Assembly (NCBI GenBank): GCA_963813155.1
Contig: CAWEYG010000002.1
Location: 640,001-704,000, forward strand
Direction of reading: 5' to 3'
Length of the DNA: 64,000 nt
Origin: an uncultured Acidobacteriota bacterium
Lineage (GTDB): Bacteria; Acidobacteriota; Thermoanaerobaculia; UBA5066; DATFVB01
A program made the translations under genes and the position numbers. Below the pieces are notes generated by a model. The model was given only the letters and a program-made list of their open reading frames with translations. It ran no database searches and was not told the origin of the DNA. This document shows positions 30,113-40,151 of this stretch, in pieces (the stretch's first letter is position 1; each line of letters starts with the position of its first letter).

Positions 30113-32205
30113 ATGGCTTGCCGGGGATTGGCGGTAACCACGAATCCAACGATCGATTTGGGAATCGCGGGGTGTCGGGTTCCCCTCCATTCCCACATCG
30201 CCTGCTTCTGGGAAACCGAGCAGGAAGTCGCCGATGCTCTCGGTTTTCTGGAGAGCCGGGCTCTCGGGCTCGGACCACTGTGTCGTGGTGGGAGATCGCG
30301 CCGGATCTCGAACGCACTCTGGACGCTCTCGCGGGCGACGATTTCGACGTCGAAAGTCTCCGGGCCCGAAAGCAACTGACCGTCCTCGAACGCGCGGCGA
30401 CGGCGAAGGCAGACGCTCGAGCAGATCTCGAACGCCGTCGAAACCGCGCTTGCGGCCGGCGCTCCCCTGGTTCGCCTCTTCAACATCTCGGGTTGGGGCC
30501 GGCAGGCCGGCCTGGTGGATGGGGAGCTCTTCTGCTTCGAGGCTCTCCTCACGGAGGCGGCCAGGAGCTGGCCCTGCGTCGTTTTCTGTCTGCACGAAGT
30601 GAAGGCCACGACGGGGCCGGTCCTTCGGCACGGCGTGTTGGAAACGCATCCCCAGACGTTTTGCCACGGGAGCGTCTCTCCGCAATCCTCTCTTCGTTCC
30701 GTTCGAGAAGGTCGCGGGAAGTCTTTCGGCCGAGGCCGCCAACCTCTCGAGGCACCAGGGAGAACGAGAGGCGTTCCACCGCGAGTCGGAGATCCTGCGC
30801 GCCATTCTCGACAACGCTCCGCTCATGATTTCGCTCTACGACGCTCAGGGCCGCCTGCTCTTCGCGAATCGGGAATGGGAACGCCTCCTCGGCTGGTCGG
30901 TTGAGGAGGCTCGGCACACCGACATTCTCGCCGAGGCGTACCCGGATCCCGAAAAACTGCGCGAGGTCCGCGAGTTCATGCAGAAGTCGGAGGGGCGGTG
31001 GTCGGACTTCCGGACGCGCCGGCGAGACGGGCGCGAAATCGACACTTTCTGGATCCGGAACGAGCTCTCGGACGGAACGCGCCTCGGGTTCGGATTGGAC
31101 GTGACGGAACGCAAGCGCGCGGAAGAGGCCTCGCAGCAGATCGCCCGGAAGGTCCAGGCTTTATCGGAGCAAGAGGAAGCTCACCTTCGGCTCGTCATCA
31201 ACACCATTCCCGCGATGGCGTGGAGTCGTTCGGCCGGATGGAGCCGTGGATTTCATCAATCAACGCTGGCTGGAATACACGGGTCTCTCGCTGGAGGAGG
31301 CACTCGAGAACGCAACCCGCATCGTTCACCCGGAGGAGTTCTCGATGGTCATGGAACAGGGGCTTCGCAACATGAGGACGGGAACCCCGTGGGAGAACGA
31401 GATCCGTCTGCGCCGCGCCGACGGCGAGTACCGCTGGTTTCTGGTGCGCACCGTGCCGTTGCGCGACGAGCACGGAAACATCGTCAAGTGGTACGGAACG
31501 AGCACCGACATCGAGGATCGAAAGCAGGCGGAAGAGAAGCTCCGGGCGACCACCGAACAGCTGCGGGCGCTCTCGGCAAGCCTTCAATCGGCCCGGGAAG
31601 ACGTGAGCACGCGGATCGCCCGGGAGGTGCACGACGAAGTCGGGCAGGCACTGGCGGCCCTCGGGATGGACGTGGCGTGGCTGTCGAAGAACCTCGGCCG
31701 CTCCGCAGCAAAATCGACCCTTGCCGCGAAACTCAAATCGATGGCCGGGCTCGTGGAATCCACCGCCCAGGCCGTGCAGCGCATCGCTTCCGACCTGCGC
31801 CCCAGCCTTCTCGACAACCTCGGTCTCGAGGCCGCCGTCGATTGGGCCGTCACCGGTTTCCAGCAGCGGACCGGGATCACGTGCCGGCTCGAGGAGCTCC
31901 TCGACGGCGAACCGACCGAGCCGACTCGCGCGACGGCGATCTTCCGGATCCTGCAGGAAGCTCTGACGAACATCGCCCGGCACGCCCGCGCGAGCCGGGT
32001 CGACGTCCTCCTCGTCCGGAGACCCCCCGATCTTTGCCTCGTCGTGGAGGACAACGGCGTCGGCATCGACGACGGGCGGATCGACGACTTTCGCTCGCTC
32101 GGCCTCCTCGGAATGCGCGAACGGGCGCGCTTCTTCGGTGGAGACGTCGAGTTCGGCCATTCCGCGCGAGGCGGCACGGTCCTTTCCGCGAGGATTCCGC
32201 TTTGA
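30113..32205 (+). CDS. MEDS-PAS-PAS-HisKA_3 sensor kinase (multiple frameshifts)
   Basis: MEDS-like HIACFWE...CVVFCLH...ETHP; PAS/PAC WYGTSTDIEDRK; IAREVHDEVGQ, QEALTNIARHA, GLLGMRER. Confidence 0.75.
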
Positions 32206-32246
32206 GCTCCGTGACGAAGCGCCGAAGCACGGGCTCCGTTCGCTGG

Positions 32247-32879
32247 ATGCCGCGAATTCTCATTGCCGACGACCACTCCGTCGTCCGCCAGGGGCTGATC
32301 CAGATCCTGCGGGACGAGCTTCCGGGGGCCTTCTTCGCCGAGGCGTCGACCGGGAAAGAGACGATCGAAAGGGTGCGCGAGGAGGAGTGGGACATCCTCG
32401 TGCTCGACATCTCGTTTCGCGACAAGACCGGGTTCGACGTGCTCCGGGAAGCGCGCGTGATTGCTCCTCGCCTTCCGGTCCTCATCCTGAGCATGTACAC
32501 GGAAGAGCAATATGCAGTGCGGAGTCTGCGATCGGGCGCCGCCGGCTACGTCACGAAGGGCACAGCGCCGCGCGAGATCGCCGCGGCCGTGATCCTGGTT
32601 CTGGAGGGGAAGCGCTACATCACCCCTGCCGTTGCCGAAAAGCTCGCTGACGACCTTCGGCTCGACTCCCAGAAGCTCCCGCACGAGCGGCTCTCCGACC
32701 GCGAGTACGAAGTCTTTCGGAGACTGGCCGTTTCCAAGACCGTGAAGGAGATCGCCGCCGAGCTCTCCCTCTCCGTCCAGACCATCAGCACCTATCGCAC
32801 CCGACTGCTCACCAAGATGGGAATGCGGTCCAACTCGCAATTGACCGATTACGCGCTCCGAAACCGGCTCTTCGAGTAG
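32247..32879 (+). CDS. NarL/LuxR-family response regulator (UvrY-like)
   Basis: ILIADDHSVVRQG, LDIS, LSDREYEV, KEIA.ELSLS..TISTYR. Confidence 0.92.
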   Translation: MPRILIADDHSVVRQGLIQILRDELPGAFFAEASTGKETIERVREEEWDILVLDISFRDKTGFDVLREARVIAPRLPVLILSMYTEEQYAVRSLRSGAAGYVTKGTAPREIAAAVILVLEGKRYITPAVAEKLADDLRLDSQKLPHERLSDREYEVFRRLAVSKTVKEIAAELSLSVQTISTYRTRLLTKMGMRSNSQLTDYALRNRLFE

Positions 32880-33045
32880 GAGAGGTCCCGCTCTCGCGGG
32901 CGTCGTACCGCGTACTACACAAAAATCATACCGTCACCGATATCTTCCTGCGCACGCCGAGGCGTACCTTGACTGTGAGAATCGGTGTCGCCGGACGCGA
33001 ATCGGCAGTCGATCTATCTCACGACAATTAAAGGGGAAACTGGAA

Positions 33046-33144
33046 ATGGCTCTCAAGGTCCTGGGGCCAACCGAGGTGAAACTGATACAGCAGCACAATG
33101 ACTTAACGACTCAGGTTGTCCCCGGATCAAGCTCTCGGCGATAG
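33046..33144 (+). CDS. Possible 32-aa small protein
   Basis: AAAGGGG SD-like sequence; MALKVLGPTEVKLIQQHNDLTTQVVPGSSSRR*, ending 9 nt before the next gene. Confidence 0.25.
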   Translation: MALKVLGPTEVKLIQQHNDLTTQVVPGSSSRR

Positions 33145-33153
33145 GTACTCCGG

Positions 33154-34833
33154 ATGAGTGTCTTCCTGCGCTGGATCGGTCTCGGGGGCGGCCTTCTCAC
33201 CCTGGCGGCGATCGCATTCCTTTCGTCGCAGAGTCTGCGCAGGGTCAGAACGGATACCGCCTGGGTAGACCACACGCATCAGGTCCTCGCCTCGATCGCC
33301 AGTGTCCGGCTGCTCGTCACCGAAGTCGCCAGCAGCCGCCGCGGCTTCGTCACGACGGGCAATCCGATCGAGCGCGAACGCTATCTCGCCGCCCAGCAAC
33401 TGATCGATCGCGAGCTCGCGGCTCTGACGACACTCGTTGGCGACAACCCGGGGGAGCTCGCCAATGCCTGGAAATTTGCTCCGCTCATTTCCCGCTGGCG
33501 CGCCGTGCTCGACTCCTCGATCGCGGCCCAGGATCGGAACGGTTTCGTTTTTCAGGAACAGAACGACTACACCGAGAAGGCTCGCCCCCTGGCCACGGGG
33601 ATCCACGACCTGGCTCGGCGTATGGCACAGGAAGAGGAGCATCTCCTCGCCGTCCGGCAGGCCGAGGCCCGGACAAGCGCGCAACGCACCGGCCGAATCG
33701 TCATCGTCGGAAATCTTCTTGGCTTTGTCCTCCTGCTCCTCGCGACTTTCATTTCCGTCAACGAGCTGGGAGCCCGGCGAAACGCCGAGGCGCGATTCCG
33801 CGGATTGCTCGAGTCGGCGCCCGACGCGATGGTGATCGCCGACGAAGCCGGCAAGATCGTCCTCGTCAATGCCCAGACCGAGCGGCTCTTCGGATATTCG
33901 CGCGACGAGCTCCTCGGCCGCAACGTCGACGTCCTGGTCCCCCCCCGCTTTCGTGAAAAACATCCCGAGCATCGAGCCGCTTACGTCGCCCAACCGCGGT
34001 CCCGGCCGATGGGCGCCGGCACGGAGCTCTTCGGCCAGCGAAAGGACGGAACGGAATTCCCCGTCGAAGTCAGCCTGAGCCCCCTGCGGACCAAGAAGGG
34101 CGTTGTCGTCTCGAGCGCGATTCGGGACATTACCGAGCGCAAGCGCCGCGCCCTTCAGCTGGAGTTGGCCAACATGGAGCTGGAGGCGTTCTCGTACTCC
34201 GTTTCCCACGACCTGCGCGCGCCGCTTCGAGCGATCGACGGCTTCAGCCAGGCTCTCCTCGAGGAATCGGGGGACCGGCTCGACGAAAGCGGAAAGCGTT
34301 ATCTCGGTAGGGTTCGAGCTGGCGCCCAGAGGATGGCGGAGCTCATCGATGACCTGCTGTCCCTCTCGAAGGTGTCGCAGAAGAACCTCGATCGCTCGCC
34401 TGTCGATCTCAGCGAGATCGCCGCCGAAGTCTTCGCCGCTCTCGCCCGGGCCGAGCCGGATCGGAAAGTCGCGTTCCAGGTCGCTCGCCAGATCAACGCG
34501 GACGCCGACGAGGGCCTCCTTCGGATCGTCCTGCAGAACCTCATCGGCAACGCCTGGAAGTTCACATCGAAGCGAGCGGACGCGGAGATCGAGTTCGGCG
34601 TCCGGGAGGCCGGCGGCGAGCGTCAATACTTCGTTCGAGACAACGGCGCGGGATTCGACCAGGCCTATGCGGGAAAGCTCTTCGGCGCTTTCCAGCGGCT
34701 GCACGCCGCCGGCGAGTTCCCCGGCACAGGAATCGGTCTGGCCACGGTCGCGCGCATCGTTCATCGGCACGGCGGGAAAGTCGGGGCGGAAGGTCGCGTC
34801 GGCGAAGGCGCGACGTTCTGGTTCACTCTTTGA
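33154..34833 (+). CDS. CHASE3-PAS histidine kinase
   Basis: TM-WVDHTHQV...RGF CHASE3-TM; PAS LESAPDA; SYSVSHDLRAPL, NAWKF, GTGIGL. Confidence 0.92.
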   Translation: MSVFLRWIGLGGGLLTLAAIAFLSSQSLRRVRTDTAWVDHTHQVLASIASVRLLVTEVASSRRGFVTTGNPIERERYLAAQQLIDRELAALTTLVGDNPGELANAWKFAPLISRWRAVLDSSIAAQDRNGFVFQEQNDYTEKARPLATGIHDLARRMAQEEEHLLAVRQAEARTSAQRTGRIVIVGNLLGFVLLLLATFISVNELGARRNAEARFRGLLESAPDAMVIADEAGKIVLVNAQTERLFGYSRDELLGRNVDVLVPPRFREKHPEHRAAYVAQPRSRPMGAGTELFGQRKDGTEFPVEVSLSPLRTKKGVVVSSAIRDITERKRRALQLELANMELEAFSYSVSHDLRAPLRAIDGFSQALLEESGDRLDESGKRYLGRVRAGAQRMAELIDDLLSLSKVSQKNLDRSPVDLSEIAAEVFAALARAEPDRKVAFQVARQINADADEGLLRIVLQNLIGNAWKFTSKRADAEIEFGVREAGGERQYFVRDNGAGFDQAYAGKLFGAFQRLHAAGEFPGTGIGLATVARIVHRHGGKVGAEGRVGEGATFWFTL

Positions 34834-34851
34834 AAGATGAAGGAGAACGAG

Positions 34852-35292
34852 ATGGACGAAAAGGTGATTCTTCTCGTGGAAGACAACCCGGACGACGAGG
34901 AGTTGACGCGACGCGCCCTGGAGCGCAACAACATCCGAAACGAGGTCGTCATCGCGAGGGACGGCGCCGAAGCGCTCGATCTTCTCTTCGCGACCGGTCC
35001 GCAATCCGCCAAGCCCCCGGTCGTCCCCACGGTCGTGCTGCTCGACTTGAAACTGCCGAAGATCGACGGGCTGGAAGTGCTCAAGAGGATTCGCGCGGAC
35101 GACCGGACCCGTCTCATTCCCGTCGTCATTCTCACGTCTTCGAAACAGGAGCAGGACCTGATCGAAGGTTACGCGAGCGGCGCAAACAGTTACGTGCGAA
35201 AGCCGGTCGATTTCGCCAAATTCGTCGAAGCGGTCAAGCAACTCGGCCTGTACTGGCTGGTCATCAATGAGCACCCTCCCGGGAAGTCCTGA
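34852..35292 (+). CDS. Single-domain response regulator (Rcp1-like)
   Basis: LLVEDNPDD, LLDLKLPKIDG, GANSYVRKPVDF, YWL; RBS AAGGAG. Confidence 0.9.
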   Translation: MDEKVILLVEDNPDDEELTRRALERNNIRNEVVIARDGAEALDLLFATGPQSAKPPVVPTVVLLDLKLPKIDGLEVLKRIRADDRTRLIPVVILTSSKQEQDLIEGYASGANSYVRKPVDFAKFVEAVKQLGLYWLVINEHPPGKS

Positions 35293-36763
35293 CTCCGGCT
35301 CGCGGCTGCGGGTGCTGATCCTCGAGGACAACCCCGACGACGCGGAGCTCGTTTTGCGCGAACTTCGCCGCGGAGGGTTCGAGCCCGAATGGGAGCGGGT
35401 CGAGACCGCAGAAGACTTCTCCGCCGCGCTCACGCACGAGTGGGACGTCATCCTGACCGACTTCTCGATGCCGCATTTCAATGCGTTCGGCGCTCTCGAG
35501 ATTCTCGAGGGCCGGCAAAACGCCCCTCCCTGCATCGTCGTCTCGGGCACGATCGGCGAAGACACGGCCGTCGCCGCGATCAAGGCGGGCGCCGCCGACT
35601 ACATCATGAAGGACCGGCTCGCCCGGCTCGCCGGAACGATTCGCCGCGAACTGAGAGACCAGGCGATCCGGCGCCTTCACGAAGCGGAACAGCGAAAAGC
35701 TCAGGAGGCAATTCGGAAGCTTCTCACCGCCATCGAGCAAACGGTCGACAGCATCGTCATGACCGATCCCGAAGGGCGAATCCAGTACGTCAACCCCGGC
35801 TTCCAGAAACTCTACGGGTACTCGAAGGAAGAGGTAATCGGCAAGACGCCACGGATCTTGAAGAGCGATCGCCACGACGAGGCGTACTACAGGACCTTCT
35901 GGAGCTCCCTGGTCTCGGGCGAAGGGTTTCGGGGCGAGATCGTGAACAAGACCCAGGACGGCCGGCTCCTCACGGTCGAGCTCTCGGCCAAGGCGATTTT
36001 CGACGAATCGGGAAAGCGCACGGGTTTCATCGCGGTCCACCACGACATCTCGCAGAAGAAACGGGCGGAGGACGAGCTGAGGGAGTCGCAGGAACAACTT
36101 CGCGCGCTTTCGGCGCACCTCCAGACCGTTCGCGAAGACGAGCGCACGGGCATCGCCCGCGAGCTGCACGACGAGCTCGGCCAGGCCCTGACGGCGCTGA
36201 AGATGGATCTCGCGTCGATCCGCGGCATGCTGGCCGGCGTTCCAGACGCGCGGAAGGCCGCGATCCAGAAAATCGAAGCCGCCTCGCAAGTCGCCGATGG
36301 AATGATCCACACCGTGCGCCGGATTTCCTCGGAGCTTCGCCCCGGAATGCTCGACGACCTGGGCCTTCTTCCTTCGATCGAATGGCTCGCGCAGGACTTC
36401 TCCCAGCGCAACGGCATACCGATTCGAATCGCGTCGGAAATCGGTTCCGTCGACCTCGACCGGGCGCAATCGACGGCAATCTTTCGGATCCTTCAGGAAA
36501 CGCTGACGAACGTCGCCCGTCACGCAAAAGCGACGGAAGTCGGCGGCCGGATCCGCGTCTCGGACGCGGGACTCGAGCTCGAAATCCGCGACAACGGCCA
36601 GGGCTTCTCTTCTTCGCGGCTGCACGAAGCGTCGTCGCTCGGTCTCATCGGGATGCGAGAGCGGGCCGGGTCGGTCGGGGGATCGATCGAATTCGTTTCG
36701 ACGCCGGGAGACGGAACGACGGTCCGATTGCTCGTGCCGCTCCGAAGAAAAGGCGGCCGATGA
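35267..36763 (+). CDS. REC-PAS-HisKA_3 hybrid sensor kinase
   Basis: LILEDNPDD receiver, PAS, IARELHDELGQ, QETLTNVARHA. Confidence 0.9.
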   Translation: MSTLPGSPDSGSRLRVLILEDNPDDAELVLRELRRGGFEPEWERVETAEDFSAALTHEWDVILTDFSMPHFNAFGALEILEGRQNAPPCIVVSGTIGEDTAVAAIKAGAADYIMKDRLARLAGTIRRELRDQAIRRLHEAEQRKAQEAIRKLLTAIEQTVDSIVMTDPEGRIQYVNPGFQKLYGYSKEEVIGKTPRILKSDRHDEAYYRTFWSSLVSGEGFRGEIVNKTQDGRLLTVELSAKAIFDESGKRTGFIAVHHDISQKKRAEDELRESQEQLRALSAHLQTVREDERTGIARELHDELGQALTALKMDLASIRGMLAGVPDARKAAIQKIEAASQVADGMIHTVRRISSELRPGMLDDLGLLPSIEWLAQDFSQRNGIPIRIASEIGSVDLDRAQSTAIFRILQETLTNVARHAKATEVGGRIRVSDAGLELEIRDNGQGFSSSRLHEASSLGLIGMRERAGSVGGSIEFVSTPGDGTTVRLLVPLRRKGGR

Positions 36764-37116
36764 GGGTCTTCGTCGCGGACGACTCCGCGCCGGTTCGGGA
36801 GAGAATCGTCTCGATGCTCGAAGGAATCCCGGGAGTCCAGGTCGTGGGCCACGCGGAGGACTCGATCGCCGCGCGTCTCCTGATCACCGCTCTTCAGCCC
36901 GACGTCGTGATCCTCGACATCAACATGCCGGGCGGAAGCGGCATCGAGGTCCTCCACGAGATCAAGCATCAGACGCCCTCGCCGACCGTCATCATGCTCA
37001 CGAACTACTCGCAGCCGCAGTACCGCGCGCGCTGCCTCGAAGAGGGAGCCGACTTCTTTTTCGACAAGTCGTCCGAGTTCGAGAAGATCCGCGGTGTCCT
37101 GGAGTCGCCGAAATGA
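36760..37116 (+). CDS. Single-domain response regulator
   Basis: MRVFVADDS, LDINMPGGSG, GADFFFDKS. Confidence 0.88.
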   Translation: MRVFVADDSAPVRERIVSMLEGIPGVQVVGHAEDSIAARLLITALQPDVVILDINMPGGSGIEVLHEIKHQTPSPTVIMLTNYSQPQYRARCLEEGADFFFDKSSEFEKIRGVLESPK

Positions 37117-40100
37117 AGCCTCGGCCGGGCGGCAGGGACCGGCCGACTCCCGGCCTTTCGAAGGGCGCGCTGAAGGTCCGGAAACCGAAGGTCACGGACC
37201 TCTTCGAGAGCGAGGCGGTTTTCCTCTGCACGCACGACCTCGAGGGCCGTCTCCTGACCATCAACGAGGCCTGCAGCCGGGCCCTGGGATACGCGGAAAG
37301 CGACCTCGTCGGCCGCAGCATCGGAGAGATCCTGGCTCCCGAATACCGCGAAGAGTTCGGCGGCTACCTCGCCCGGATCCGCGGATCCGGGGCGGCGACG
37401 GGCGTGATGACGGTCGTGACGCGGGCGGGCGAGAAGCGCTACTGGCACTACCAGAATGTCCTTCGGTCGGAAGGAGCCCGAGAGATCGCGCACGCGACCG
37501 CCATCGACGTGACCGAGCTGATCCACGCTGAACGCTCGGCCCTTCATGTCCTCGACCAGCGCACCGCGTATCTTCGCGCAATTCTCGAACACAGCCCGTT
37601 GGCAATTCTCGCCCACGACGCCGACCGGCGAGTCCAGCTCGCCAACCCCGCTTTCGAAAAACTGTTCCAGTACGAGGAGGGCGAGCTCCTGGGGCGCGAC
37701 ATCGACGACGTCATCGCACCGGCCGGGGCAATCGACGAGCTCCGCGCGAATTCGAACCTGCTCATCTCGGGATCCCTTCTCCGGGAGGCGGGAAAACGCC
37801 GCCGAAAGGACGGCACCCTCGTCGACGTGGAGATCCTCGGCGTTCCCCTCTTCGACGGCGGCGTCCTGACGGGAGCCTGCGCGATCTACCGGGACATTTC
37901 CGAGCAGAAGCGGGCCGACGAAGCGCTGCGCGCGGCCGAAGAGCGCTACCGGCTGCTGTTCGAGCGGAACCTGGCCGGAATCTACCGCTCGATGCCGGAC
38001 GGAACGCTGCTCGACTGCAACGAGGCGTTCGCAAACATTCTCGGTTTCCCGTCGCGCGAGGAAATCCTCGCGCGAAATGCGCGATCCCTGTACTTCTACG
38101 AAAGCGATCGGGACACGTTTCTCGACGAGGTCGCGTCCGCGGGCGAGATCTCGGGCCGGGAGATCTGCCTGCGGCGGCGCGACGGAACGGCCGTCTGGGT
38201 ATTCGACAACATCACCTTCATCCCCGCCTCCGGCGAAAGCCCCGCGATCTTCGAAGGCTCGATCATCGACATCAGCGATCGCCGAAATGCCGAGGAGGCC
38301 GTGCGCGTTTCCGAGGAACGCTACCGGTTCCTCTTCGATCGCAACCCGCTGCCGATGTGGGTCTACGAGATCGAATCGCTCCGGTTCCTCGACGTCAACG
38401 AAGCCGCAGTCGCGCACTACGGATATTCGCGCGCGGAACTTCTCTCCATGCGGATCTCCGACCTGTGGCCACCGGAAGACCGGGATCTGCATCCGGTCGC
38501 GAAGGTCGCCACGAATCCGCAGCCCTTCAGCGCATCGCGGCACGTGCGAAAGAATGGCGAGGTCGCGGATGTCGAGGTCTCCGCCGTCGACCTGCCGGGC
38601 GGACAGGTTCGGCGGCGCATGGCGCTCGCACGCGACGTGACGGAACAAAAGGCAGCGGAACGGGCGCTCGTGGAATCGGAAAGGAAATACCGTCACATCT
38701 TCGACTTCGCGCCGGTCGGCATTTATCAGACGACGGCCGACGGAAGAGTGCTCACCGTCAATCCGGCGTTCGCGCAGATGCTGGGCTACACCGCAGACGA
38801 GCTCGTCCGCGATCTTTCGGCCTACGACCTCTATCTTCATCCCGAAGAGCGAGACGCGGCGATTCGCGACTTCAACGAATCTTTCAAGCCGGGAATGACG
38901 ATCGAGCGGGCGCTCAAGGGCAAAACCGGTGATCCGGTCTGGGTCCGGATCACGGCCCAGGCCATTCGAGACGAGGAAAACAGGGTCGAATACCTCGAGG
39001 GTTTCACGTTCGACGTCACGGAAACGAAAAGGGTGAACGAGCAGCAGGCGCGCCTGCAGGAAGCCGTCCTCGAGACGGCGCGGCAGTGGCGGGACACCTT
39101 CGATGCGATCGACACGCCGATCTTCGTCGTCGACGGGGACGCTCTCGTCAAACGGCTCAACCGGGCGGCCATCGAGCTCTCGGGCCAGACGTACGTGGAC
39201 ATCCTCGGACGCCCGCTCGACGCCCTGGCGGACGGACCGCTCTGGAAGACGGCCGCGGGGCTCGTCCGGCATCCCGAATCGGAGCGCTCGCGCTCGGGCA
39301 TCGTCTGCCACGACGAAGAGGCCCGGAAGGTCTGGGAGATTTCCGTCAGCGGCTACCAGGCGCCGGATTCGAAGGAGGCCCCGATGTCGATCGTGATCCT
39401 GCGGGATGTCACCGCGACCGTAAAGCTGCAGGAATCGGTCCTTCGCGCGGAGTCGATGTCGTCCATGGGCTCGCTCGTGGCGGGCGTCGCCCACGAGGTG
39501 CGCAATCCCCTGTTCGCGATCTCCGCGACGCTCGACGCGTTCGACGCGCGTTTCCGCGAGCGCGACGACTACAAAAAATACGCCCAGGCTCTTCGCACGC
39601 AGCTCGATCGCATGAGCCACCTCATGCGGGACCTCCTCGACTACGGGAGGCCCGCGATCCTGGAGTTCCGCGAAGTGGCGCCCACCGAGCTCGTTCACGA
39701 TGCCGTCCGCGGCTGCTCCGACCTCGCGTCCCGCACGGGCGTCCCCGTCGAGGTCGAGGTGCCGGAAAGTCTGCCCGTTCTCCGAGTGGACCGCGGGCGG
39801 ACAGTACAGGTGTTCATCAACCTCGTCGAAAACGCGATCCAGCATTCGCCCGGCAAGCTTCCCGTCCGGGTCCGGGCCGAGCAGATCGCGCGCGACGGCA
39901 CGCCGGGCGTTCGATTTACCGTCGAAGACCGCGGGCCCGGGTTTCAGGCCGCGGACATCCCGAAGCTCTTCGACCCGTTTTTCACGAAACGCCAGGGAGG
40001 AACGGGACTCGGCCTCGCGATCGTTCGCCGGATCGTCGAAGAGCATGGAGGTACGATTAGTCCCGCGAACCGGCCGGACGGCGGCGCGAGCATCTCGGTC

Positions 40101-40151
40101 TGGATCCCCTGCGAGCCGCCGGCAGCGGCCGAAAGCGAGAGGAAGACATGA
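37113..40151 (+). CDS. Cytoplasmic multi-PAS histidine kinase
   Basis: About six PAS/PAC repeats; GVAHEVRNPL, NLVENA, DPFFTK..GGTGLGL. Confidence 0.92.
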   Translation: MKPRPGGRDRPTPGLSKGALKVRKPKVTDLFESEAVFLCTHDLEGRLLTINEACSRALGYAESDLVGRSIGEILAPEYREEFGGYLARIRGSGAATGVMTVVTRAGEKRYWHYQNVLRSEGAREIAHATAIDVTELIHAERSALHVLDQRTAYLRAILEHSPLAILAHDADRRVQLANPAFEKLFQYEEGELLGRDIDDVIAPAGAIDELRANSNLLISGSLLREAGKRRRKDGTLVDVEILGVPLFDGGVLTGACAIYRDISEQKRADEALRAAEERYRLLFERNLAGIYRSMPDGTLLDCNEAFANILGFPSREEILARNARSLYFYESDRDTFLDEVASAGEISGREICLRRRDGTAVWVFDNITFIPASGESPAIFEGSIIDISDRRNAEEAVRVSEERYRFLFDRNPLPMWVYEIESLRFLDVNEAAVAHYGYSRAELLSMRISDLWPPEDRDLHPVAKVATNPQPFSASRHVRKNGEVADVEVSAVDLPGGQVRRRMALARDVTEQKAAERALVESERKYRHIFDFAPVGIYQTTADGRVLTVNPAFAQMLGYTADELVRDLSAYDLYLHPEERDAAIRDFNESFKPGMTIERALKGKTGDPVWVRITAQAIRDEENRVEYLEGFTFDVTETKRVNEQQARLQEAVLETARQWRDTFDAIDTPIFVVDGDALVKRLNRAAIELSGQTYVDILGRPLDALADGPLWKTAAGLVRHPESERSRSGIVCHDEEARKVWEISVSGYQAPDSKEAPMSIVILRDVTATVKLQESVLRAESMSSMGSLVAGVAHEVRNPLFAISATLDAFDARFRERDDYKKYAQALRTQLDRMSHLMRDLLDYGRPAILEFREVAPTELVHDAVRGCSDLASRTGVPVEVEVPESLPVLRVDRGRTVQVFINLVENAIQHSPGKLPVRVRAEQIARDGTPGVRFTVEDRGPGFQAADIPKLFDPFFTKRQGGTGLGLAIVRRIVEEHGGTISPANRPDGGASISVWIPCEPPAAAESERKT

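Noticed and set aside
30825-32879. PAS-NarL fusion protein suggested by the ORF track
   Set aside because: Artefact of a frameshift in the upstream kinase; the regulator has its own ATG at 32247
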